Virus record (IMG/VR): IMGVR_UViG_3300025869_002060
Span: 1-64,000 of that record
Length of the DNA: 64,000 nt
Reading direction: 5' to 3' (one strand)
Below are positions 56,567 to 64,000 of this stretch, in pieces. The translations under genes were made by a program, and so were the position numbers. The notes under the pieces were generated by a model. It ran no database searches. It was not told the DNA's origin and saw nothing but the letters and a program-made list of their open reading frames with translations. The number at the start of each line of letters is the position of its first letter. Positions within the stretch are counted from its first letter, which is position 1.

Positions 56567-56979
56567 TGCGTTTAAATGAATTTAATACAAGAGCACTAGA
56601 TCCTGACGTATTAGAAGATGATGCTGACGATCAAGGACATACTAATTTAGTAACAGCTCTTGAATTCTTGCGTCATAGAAGTCGAGACAAGATGCTACAA
56701 CCCAAAGTTCGTGTTGATAGCTTGATTGAAATGGTACGCAATACTGGTGCAACGACATTTAACCTAGAAAGTTTAACTAACGCTTTTAAGACTAATGGAT
56801 CCGTTAAAGGATTGATTAAAGATATCAAAGACGACGAGCACGGTGTGAAGTATGTGTTCCTCAAAGATTTTAGTGACCTAGAAGTAGATAATGAGACTGC
56901 TATAGCATATGGCACTAAGGATGATAACCCCGATAAAGTTGTGAAACAAATGGCTAATAGGGCTTTAAAAAATGATTAA
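56566..56979 (+). CDS. hypothetical protein
   Basis: 137 aa. Confidence 0.7.
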   Translation: MRLNEFNTRALDPDVLEDDADDQGHTNLVTALEFLRHRSRDKMLQPKVRVDSLIEMVRNTGATTFNLESLTNAFKTNGSVKGLIKDIKDDEHGVKYVFLKDFSDLEVDNETAIAYGTKDDNPDKVVKQMANRALKND

Positions 56980-57136
56980 TTGGATTAAAAACAGAGTAAT
57001 GGAACGTACTTCATGGGACGGCGGCGCATTAATTGCAGTCGGACTAGTTGTGCTATTTCTTGGACCATTTGCAAAATGGGCGGCTTATGCGGCTATTGCT
57101 TATGGTGCTTGGACTATGTGGAAAAAAGAAGACTAA
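56972..57136 (+). CDS. small two-TM membrane protein (54 aa)
   Basis: Read manually: MINWIKNRVMERTSWDGGALIAVGLVVLFLGPFAKWAAYAAIAYGAWTMWKKED. Confidence 0.65.
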   Translation: MINWIKNRVMERTSWDGGALIAVGLVVLFLGPFAKWAAYAAIAYGAWTMWKKED

Positions 57137-57217
57137 TATCTTTTGCACATGGTTTATGGGGTTCCATCCCCGTACCGGCTAGAACCCGGATTGGACTACT
57201 ATTATAGGAGAAAACAA

Positions 57218-57628
57218 ATGGGAAGACCACTAAATAAAAAGTTCTTTGGAACACCAACCCCAGCAGGAAATGAAATTAAAGTTCAGTTCCATAACGGAAC
57301 AGGTTCTGTTGCTGGATGGATTATTAAACAGGTTGGAGCAAAACGCTTTAAAGTTACTGATGGTTCAGAAATTAAAGTCTGTTCATTGGTTGATAAAGCT
57401 TCAGCGGCTATTGCCGCAGGTGAAATGACTATCACTATCAATGATGGTGGTACGGCAAGACAAGTTACTAAGATTGCCGCTAAGAAAGTTACACTTGACA
57501 CTGGTACAACAATTAACTGGGACTTTACAGGAACAGGTGATGTTGTCGAAATGGAAGAAGCTGGCGATGATGCTACTATTGACGCCATAGGCACAGACGA
57601 AGATGACTTCGAAGGTGATGACGTCTAA
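57218..57628 (+). CDS. hypothetical (candidate structural) protein
   Basis: AGGAGA SD, MGRPLNKKFFG start; acidic tail. Confidence 0.75.
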   Translation: MGRPLNKKFFGTPTPAGNEIKVQFHNGTGSVAGWIIKQVGAKRFKVTDGSEIKVCSLVDKASAAIAAGEMTITINDGGTARQVTKIAAKKVTLDTGTTINWDFTGTGDVVEMEEAGDDATIDAIGTDEDDFEGDDV

Positions 57629-57653
57629 ATCTTTCACTAATTTATGTGAATTT

Positions 57654-57683
57654 AGAAAGGGGGTATTTGCCCCCTTTCTTTTT
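57654..57683 (+). terminator. intrinsic terminator
   Basis: AGAAAGGGGG-TATTTG-CCCCCTTTCTTTTT. Confidence 0.8.
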
Positions 57684-57695
57684 CCATAATTTTAC

Positions 57696-57724
57696 TTGAC
57701 AAATAAATATAAAGAAGGTATAAT
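57696..57724 (+). promoter_or_regulatory. sigma70-like promoter
   Basis: Consensus TTGACA-N17-TATAAT. Confidence 0.8.
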
Positions 57725-57729
57725 ACATT

Positions 57730-58053
57730 ATGATTACAGTTTCCGATAAAGCCGCTGAGAAGATTCTAGAACTAGGAGTAAAAGCACTCTTAGTTAAAGT
57801 AAAACCAAGTGGCTGTAATGGTTACAGTTATATCATAGAAGAACATACACCACAAGATGATGAAGTTTATTATACCGATAAGAATGTTAAAATTCGAATC
57901 GCAGAAGGTAGTGAACCATTCTTATATGGCACTATGGTAGATTACATTACTAGTTCAGATGGCTTTACAACTAAGTTTGATATTGTAAGCTCACTTGAGT
58001 CTGGACGTTGTGGTTGCGGAGAAAGTTTTAACATTGATAATTCAAAAATATAA
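57730..58053 (+). CDS. iscA: iron-sulfur cluster assembly A-type carrier (IscA/SufA/HesB)
   Basis: MITVSDKAA, SGCNGYSY, CGCGESF. Confidence 0.9.
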   Translation: MITVSDKAAEKILELGVKALLVKVKPSGCNGYSYIIEEHTPQDDEVYYTDKNVKIRIAEGSEPFLYGTMVDYITSSDGFTTKFDIVSSLESGRCGCGESFNIDNSKI

Positions 58054-58762
58054 TTACACTGATTGCGGTAGAGAAAACATTAACGGCAAACGCCATTACT
58101 GTCTGCCCGACGGATCAAAAGCACCTAGTGTTACCACAGTACTAGATCTCACTAAACCTGAAGAAAAGAAAAAAGCATTAATGCAATGGCGCAAACGTGT
58201 GGGCGAACAACGAGCACAACAAATTGTTACTGAAGCCGCAAACCGCGGAACTTCAATGCACAAATACCTTGAAGAGTATTGTATTGACGGTAAACTTAGA
58301 GATATGCCATCTAATCCATTTCATAAACCACCGTATCGCATGGCTGAAGTTATTGTTCGTGAAGGTATGTCAAAAGTAGATGAAATATGGGGTACTGAGG
58401 TTCCTCTTTATTTTCCTGGTGTATATGCAGGAACAACAGACTTAGTTGGTATGTTTAATAATACTCCAGCAATTATGGATTTTAAACAAACTAACAAGCC
58501 TAAGAAAGAAGAATGGATTGAAGATTATAAATTGCAAATGGCCGCATATGCATTGGCACACAACGAAGTACACGGAACGGAAATTAATCGTGGTGTTGTA
58601 TTGATGTGTGTTAAACCTGAAGTAAATGAACAAGGCCAAGTAACAAAAGAACCACAATATCAGCAGTTCCTAGTTGAAGGAGACGAATTTACACACTGGA
58701 AGAACCAATGGTGGAAGCGTCTTGAGCAATATTACACAAAAATCTCCAACGGTGAAATATAA
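58034..58762 (+). CDS. PD-(D/E)XK exonuclease
   Basis: PSVTTVL, RGTSMH, E, AGTTD, IMDFK, QMAAY; TTG start assumed. Confidence 0.8.
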   Translation: MIIQKYNYTDCGRENINGKRHYCLPDGSKAPSVTTVLDLTKPEEKKKALMQWRKRVGEQRAQQIVTEAANRGTSMHKYLEEYCIDGKLRDMPSNPFHKPPYRMAEVIVREGMSKVDEIWGTEVPLYFPGVYAGTTDLVGMFNNTPAIMDFKQTNKPKKEEWIEDYKLQMAAYALAHNEVHGTEINRGVVLMCVKPEVNEQGQVTKEPQYQQFLVEGDEFTHWKNQWWKRLEQYYTKISNGEI

Positions 58763-58807
58763 AAGAACATAAATAGTTTATATTAAGAGAACTGTTGAGG
58801 AACACAA

Positions 58808-60172
58808 ATGGCTGTTATACAAATTTCAAGAATCCAAGTCAGACGTGGATTGCATGACAACTTACCTAGTTTAGCTAGTGCTGAAATGGGTTGGAGTTTA
58901 GACACACGTAGACTTTTCATTGGCAACGGAACGGCAACTGAAGGTGCTCCCGTTATTGGTCGTACTGAGGTTTTAACTGAGCATAGTGATATTCTTGCAC
59001 TTGTAGATATTTTTAGTTTTAAAGCACTACCTGCAGGATTCGTTGCTAACACAGGACCAAACAATACAGAATTTACACGAAGTCTACAAGAAAAACTTGA
59101 TGACTTTGTAAATGTACGTGACTTTGGTGCAAAAGGTGACGGCGTCACAGATGATACCGCTTCTATTACAAGAGCATTAATTAATACTTTTGGTTATACA
59201 AGTACCTACCCTGGTATTAGTACTAGACGAACAATTTATTTCCCAAGTGGAAAGTATCTAGTCTCTGCCGCAATTAACGTTCCTCCATTTATTAACATTG
59301 TTGGTGACACTGCTGATAGCACACTAATATTTACAGAAACTTCAAGTACTATTGCAACAGTTTTCCAACTAGTAGACAATAACTCAAACCTTGCAAGTTC
59401 ATTTGGTGATGCTCTTGGAACTATTACCACACGTGGAAGAGATTATACTTTTAGGAATATTGGAATACAACATGCAGGTGCCGCAATTAGTCCTTGTGTA
59501 TTAATTGCTGGTGGTGAAAAGATCCTATTTGATAATTGTAAATTCTTAGGACCAGCCGCTAGTACAGTCGATCCTGCAACTACTCACTCAGCAATATTTG
59601 TTCAGAACAATACAAACAACGCTGGATTTAAAGCAAACAATATTAAAGTTATTAATTGTGAATTTGAAAATCATGGGTATGGTATTGAAACACTCAGTAC
59701 TGTTGACAACTTGGTTGTATCAGGAACCAAGTTTAAAAATGTTTGGTTAGGAACAGTACTAAGTGCAGACACTACAAACTACACATTAGAAAACAATTCA
59801 TCAGAAAGTGTTGATGGCGAAACAGCCGCATCACAAACATTTATCGAATCCCGTGGCGCAAAGAAAACAAGCTCTACCTTAACTAAAACGATTGCACAGA
59901 ATACAACTGGCACGTTTACTGAGGTTGATTTTCTTGATGATTACAATCATATTACAATAGAATATGTATGCACAGTTGGAACTAATAAGAAAATTGGAAA
60001 GTTTAGAGCAGTGGGCACTGGCTCTGCTTATAACTTTGAAGATGATTTTATTTCAACAGCAGATCTAAATGTAGAATTTGAAGTCAATACTACAACTGGA
60101 GTAATTACATATAATACAACAGGTGCAACAGGGGATGCCACTCTCACTTATTCAATTGAGTTTCATGCATAA
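58808..60172 (+). CDS. tail/baseplate-type protein with pectate-lyase-like beta-helix
   Basis: QISRIQVRRG...EMGWSLDTRRLFIG N-domain; VNVRDFGAKGDGVTDDT; IYFPSGKY. Confidence 0.7.
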   Translation: MAVIQISRIQVRRGLHDNLPSLASAEMGWSLDTRRLFIGNGTATEGAPVIGRTEVLTEHSDILALVDIFSFKALPAGFVANTGPNNTEFTRSLQEKLDDFVNVRDFGAKGDGVTDDTASITRALINTFGYTSTYPGISTRRTIYFPSGKYLVSAAINVPPFINIVGDTADSTLIFTETSSTIATVFQLVDNNSNLASSFGDALGTITTRGRDYTFRNIGIQHAGAAISPCVLIAGGEKILFDNCKFLGPAASTVDPATTHSAIFVQNNTNNAGFKANNIKVINCEFENHGYGIETLSTVDNLVVSGTKFKNVWLGTVLSADTTNYTLENNSSESVDGETAASQTFIESRGAKKTSSTLTKTIAQNTTGTFTEVDFLDDYNHITIEYVCTVGTNKKIGKFRAVGTGSAYNFEDDFISTADLNVEFEVNTTTGVITYNTTGATGDATLTYSIEFHA

Positions 60173-60210
60173 TTAAATCCTCATTGCTCATAGTATAATG
60201 AGTATAGACA

Positions 60211-60657
60211 ATGTGGAAGCTACGTGACCCAAATCAACGTTTGTTGAACTGGAAACAATTTAGAAAAAGATTAAACGGACTCGATCTTGAGACGGCGCTT
60301 CAGGAAACTGTTGACTATTGGTGCTCACCGCCGTGGGCACCTTTTTACTTAGACGAAGAGGATCCAAACTCATGGCCGGCACCATGGGATCTAATTGTTG
60401 ACAATTATTTTTGTGATATTGCAAAAGCATTAGGCATGGTATATACAATTTACTTAACTGATCACCAGCCTGATATAAAATTAAATATCTACCGAGAGCC
60501 GGATACGGGCTGTAATCTAGCATTGGTGGTTATCAACAGGAAATATGTTCTTAATATGAATTCTGGACAAGTATTAAATAGACAATACATAGAAGATAGT
60601 TTACAATTAAGATACACGTACAACGTCAAAGAACTAAATCTAGAAAAGTATATATAG
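60211..60657 (+). CDS. hypothetical protein
   Basis: 148 aa, WPAPWDL motif. Confidence 0.7.
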   Translation: MWKLRDPNQRLLNWKQFRKRLNGLDLETALQETVDYWCSPPWAPFYLDEEDPNSWPAPWDLIVDNYFCDIAKALGMVYTIYLTDHQPDIKLNIYREPDTGCNLALVVINRKYVLNMNSGQVLNRQYIEDSLQLRYTYNVKELNLEKYI

Positions 60658-60665
60658 GAGATTCA

Positions 60666-62987
60666 ATGAGCCAAATTCAAGTAACAAAAAGAGATAACAG
60701 GAAAGAATCTCTTGATTTAGAAAAATTACACAAGGTTGTTTTCTGGGCAACTGAAAATATTAACGGTGTTAGTGCCAGTCAAGTTGAAATTAAAAGCCAT
60801 ATTTCATTTTATAACGGAATTTCTACATATGAAATACAGGAAACTCTTATTAAGAGTGCCGCTGATTTAATTAGCGAAGACACGCCAAACTACCAATGGG
60901 TGGCAGGGCGACTTTTAGCATATCATATTCACAAGCAAGTCTTTGGAGCATTTGGTTCACCTGATTCATTATTAGATGTAGTAAAACGAAATGTTAAATC
61001 TGGCTTTTATACAGAAGAATTATTAGAAAAATATACAGAAGAAGAGTTCAATCAAATGAACTCTTTTTTAGATCATACTAAAGATGAATCCTTTACGTAT
61101 ACAGCCATGGAACAATGGCGCGGCAAGTATCTAGTACAAAATCGTGTAACAAACGAAATATTTGAAACTCCACAAATAGCATATATAATGATAGCCGCAA
61201 CATTGTTTGCTGAGTACCCACAAGAAACACGTATGAAATGGGTAAAGGATTATTATGAAGCTATCAGCAATTTTGATATTAGTTTACCCACTCCTGTTAT
61301 GGCTGGTGTTCGAACACCGCAAAAACAGTTTTCGTCATGTGTCCTTATTGAGACCGACGATAGTCTTGATAGCATCAACGCCACTACTAGTAGTATAGTT
61401 AAGTATGTCAGTCAAAAAGCTGGTATTGGCGTTGGTGCTGGACGTATTCGTGCATTAGGCAGTCCTATTCGCAATGGTGATGCATACCACACTGGTGTTA
61501 TCCCGTTTTATAAAATGTTTCAAAGTGCAACTCGTTCTTGTTCACAAGGTGGTGTACGCAACGGTGCCGCAACATTGTATTACCCAATTTGGCACTATGA
61601 AGTCGAAGACCTACTTGTTTTAAAGAATAATAAAGGCACAGAGGATAATAGAGTACGCCACATGGATTATGGGGTTCAATTCAACAAATTAATGTACGAA
61701 AGACTCATCTCTGGTGGTAATATTACATTGTTTTCACCCCATGACGTGCCTGAATTATACGAGGCGTTCTATAATAACCAAGACAGATTTACTGAGCTAT
61801 ACGAAATAGCAGAACGTAATACACGCCTTCGTAAAAAGACTATGCGAGCAAGTGAGTTGTTTGGATCGTTTATGGAAGAACGTAAAAACACTGGACGTAT
61901 CTACTTGCAGAATGTAGATCATGCAAACACACATAGCCCATTTAAAGAAGAAATTGCACCTATTAAAATGAGCAACTTATGTTGTGAAATTGATTTACCA
62001 ACAGTGCCATTAAAAGATGTAAACGACGAACTGGGTCGTATTGCATTATGCACATTATCAGCAATTAACTTTGGTAATATATCAAAGCCTGAGGACTTTG
62101 AAAAAATGTGTACGTTAGCAGTACGTGGTTTAGATGCACTATTAACATATCAGAACTATCCTATTAAAGCCGCAGAATTAGCAACTAGAGAATATAGGCC
62201 ACTTGGTATTGGTATTATTAACCTAGCATACTTTTTAGCACGCCAAGGACTTTCTTATAGCGATCCAAGTGCTCTTCCCGTTATTGATGAATACATGGAA
62301 GCCTGGAGTTATTATCTTATTAAGGCTAGTGCTGATCTCGCCGTTGAGCATGGTCCATGTGAAGGTTGGAAAAATCTAAAGAGTGCTGATGGTATTCTGC
62401 CAATTGACACATACAAAAAAGAAGTTGATGAACTAGTAGCTCACAAAGAACGTATGCCTTGGAAGAGTCTGCGTAAACAAATACAAGAAACTGGACAACG
62501 TAATGCTACATTGATGGCTATCATGCCTGCAGAAACATCAGCACAAATTAGTAATGCTACAAATGGTATTGAACCTCCTCGTGCATTGGTAAGTGTTAAG
62601 CAAAGCAAACATGGAGCATTAAGGCAGGTTGTGCCAGGTTATTGGAAGTTAAGGACTAAGTACGAACTACTATGGGATCAGACTAGTCCACAAGGTTATT
62701 TAAAAATTTGTGCAGTTATGCAGAAGTATATTGATCAGGGAATGAGTGTAAATACAAGTTACAACCCACAGCATTACGAAGACGAAAAGATTCCGATGAG
62801 TACAATGCTTGGTGATATACTGCTTAGTTACAAGTACGGTATTAAGCAACTATACTATTTTAATACATACGATGGCCAAGGCGAAATTGATATTAATAGT
62901 ATGGTAGGACAGATCAAAGAACAAGATCTTAAACAAGTAGAACTAGAACCAATCATTGAAGAAGATTGCGATAGTTGCGTAATTTAG
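60666..62987 (+). CDS. nrdA: ribonucleoside-diphosphate reductase class Ia, alpha subunit
   Basis: ATP cone (VTKRD), PTPVMAG, QFSSC, SNLCCEI, CTLSAIN, MPAETSAQ, C-terminal CDSC. Confidence 0.97.
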   Translation: MSQIQVTKRDNRKESLDLEKLHKVVFWATENINGVSASQVEIKSHISFYNGISTYEIQETLIKSAADLISEDTPNYQWVAGRLLAYHIHKQVFGAFGSPDSLLDVVKRNVKSGFYTEELLEKYTEEEFNQMNSFLDHTKDESFTYTAMEQWRGKYLVQNRVTNEIFETPQIAYIMIAATLFAEYPQETRMKWVKDYYEAISNFDISLPTPVMAGVRTPQKQFSSCVLIETDDSLDSINATTSSIVKYVSQKAGIGVGAGRIRALGSPIRNGDAYHTGVIPFYKMFQSATRSCSQGGVRNGAATLYYPIWHYEVEDLLVLKNNKGTEDNRVRHMDYGVQFNKLMYERLISGGNITLFSPHDVPELYEAFYNNQDRFTELYEIAERNTRLRKKTMRASELFGSFMEERKNTGRIYLQNVDHANTHSPFKEEIAPIKMSNLCCEIDLPTVPLKDVNDELGRIALCTLSAINFGNISKPEDFEKMCTLAVRGLDALLTYQNYPIKAAELATREYRPLGIGIINLAYFLARQGLSYSDPSALPVIDEYMEAWSYYLIKASADLAVEHGPCEGWKNLKSADGILPIDTYKKEVDELVAHKERMPWKSLRKQIQETGQRNATLMAIMPAETSAQISNATNGIEPPRALVSVKQSKHGALRQVVPGYWKLRTKYELLWDQTSPQGYLKICAVMQKYIDQGMSVNTSYNPQHYEDEKIPMSTMLGDILLSYKYGIKQLYYFNTYDGQGEIDINSMVGQIKEQDLKQVELEPIIEEDCDSCVI

Positions 62988-63004
62988 ATAAGAAAGTAAA
63001 AAAA

Positions 63005-64000
63005 ATGTCAGTATTTAATTCTAAAAAAATTGACCAAACAAAGTGTTTGGCATTCCTGGATAAATCAGGTGGAGCCAGCATTCAACGTTATGACCAGTTA
63101 AAGTATAAGCAATTTGATAAATTAACTGAAAAGCAGTTAGGTTTTTTTTGGAGACCTGAAGAAGTAGATATTGGTCGTGACAGTAAAGACTTTAAAGAGT
63201 TAACCGATCACGAAAGACATATTTTTACTAGTAATCTTAAAAGACAAATCTTGCTAGATTCAGTACAAGGTCGCAGTCCTAACTTAGCATTACTTCCAAT
63301 TGTTACTATTCCAGAACTTGAAACATTTATTGAAACATGGGCATTCAATGAAACTATTCATAGTAGAAGTTATACACATATTATTAGAAACGTATATTCT
63401 AATCCTAGCGAAGTTTTTGATTCAATGTTGGATATTCAGGAAATTGTTGATTGTGCAACTGACATCAGTACCAATTATGATTCTCTTATTGAAAGTGTAA
63501 ATCTTTACAATTTGTTTGGTGTAGGCACACATACACTTAACGGAAAGAAAGTTACTGTTGATTTGTATGATATCAAAAAGAAACTATTTTTAGCTATTAC
63601 AAGTATTAACGCATTAGAAGGTTTGCGTTTCTATGTGAGTTTTGCATGTAGTTGGGCATTTGCCGAACTTAAGAAGATGGAAGGCAATGCAAAAATTATC
63701 AAGTTTATTGCACGTGATGAAAATGTACATCTTGCCGCTACACAAACATTACTTAAACTACTTCCGCAAGACGACAAAGATTTTATTAAAATACGTAAAG
63801 AAACAGAAGAAGATTGTAAAGCCATTTATTTTTCCGCCGCTCAGCAAGAAAAAGAATGGGCAAAGTATTTGTTTTCAGGCGGGTCAATGATTGGTTTAAA
63901 CGAAGTATTATTAGGCCAATATGTTGATTGGTTACTATGCAAACGTATGACAGCAGTTGGACTTGATTGTGGCTTTAAGCCAGGTAGTAATCCGTTACCA
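63005..64000 (+). CDS. nrdB: ribonucleotide reductase class Ia, beta subunit (3' truncated by the window)
   Basis: Read manually: FFWRPEEVD, LDSVQGR, ETIHSRSY, LEGLRFYVSF, IARDENVH; frame stays open to the window end. Confidence 0.95.
   Translation, partial: MSVFNSKKIDQTKCLAFLDKSGGASIQRYDQLKYKQFDKLTEKQLGFFWRPEEVDIGRDSKDFKELTDHERHIFTSNLKRQILLDSVQGRSPNLALLPIVTIPELETFIETWAFNETIHSRSYTHIIRNVYSNPSEVFDSMLDIQEIVDCATDISTNYDSLIESVNLYNLFGVGTHTLNGKKVTVDLYDIKKKLFLAITSINALEGLRFYVSFACSWAFAELKKMEGNAKIIKFIARDENVHLAATQTLLKLLPQDDKDFIKIRKETEEDCKAIYFSAAQQEKEWAKYLFSGGSMIGLNEVLLGQYVDWLLCKRMTAVGLDCGFKPGSNPLP

Noticed and set aside
58034-58762. Cas4 / CRISPR adaptation gene
   Set aside because: A PD-(D/E)XK nuclease without the four-Cys Fe-S motif or any CRISPR context; a typical phage exonuclease.
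63300-63890. Short ORFs listed by the track near the right end
   Set aside because: They overlap the continuous nrdB frame starting at 63005, which the track missed because it has no stop in the window.

Overview
AT-rich 64-kb segment of a large tailed dsDNA phage (jumbo/T4-like organisation). Genes are densely packed and almost all on the + strand, with sigma70-type early promoters (TTGACx-N16/17-TATACT) and T4-late-like TAAATA boxes. The standard genetic code appears to be used. No integrase, rRNA or CRISPR array was seen. Layout from left to right: (1) hypothetical and secreted/membrane proteins, including an S74-chaperone protein (1-8.7 kb). (2) An RNA-rich locus (8.7-10.7 kb) with five tRNAs, a putative Trp attenuator directly upstream of tRNA-Trp, a tandem glutamine (glnA-type) riboswitch driving a 32-aa peptide, and two unassigned structured RNAs. 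(3) An auxiliary-metabolism island (11.7-25.5 kb): MscS-like channel, YhhQ/Vut queuosine-precursor transporter, dCMP deaminase, five tandem membrane fatty-acid desaturases, a complete TRAP transporter and a TctA/TctC-like transporter. (4) An early region with repeated promoter modules and an AAA+ ATPase (25.6-30.7 kb). (5) Replication genes (UvsW-like helicase, primase, DnaB/gp41 helicase, a 192-aa minimal DnaE core, PRPP synthetase) interleaved with modification enzymes (PRMT-like methyltransferase, PIG-L deacetylase, DUF3050, two radical SAM proteins). (6) A probable virion/late region with a nucleotidyltransferase and KWDG-protein pair. (7) IscA, PD-(D/E)XK exonuclease, a tail-like beta-helix protein and class Ia nrdA/nrdB, with nrdB truncated by the window edge. 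A marine/aquatic proteobacterial host is my inference only. All family assignments come from motifs read by eye; no database search was run.
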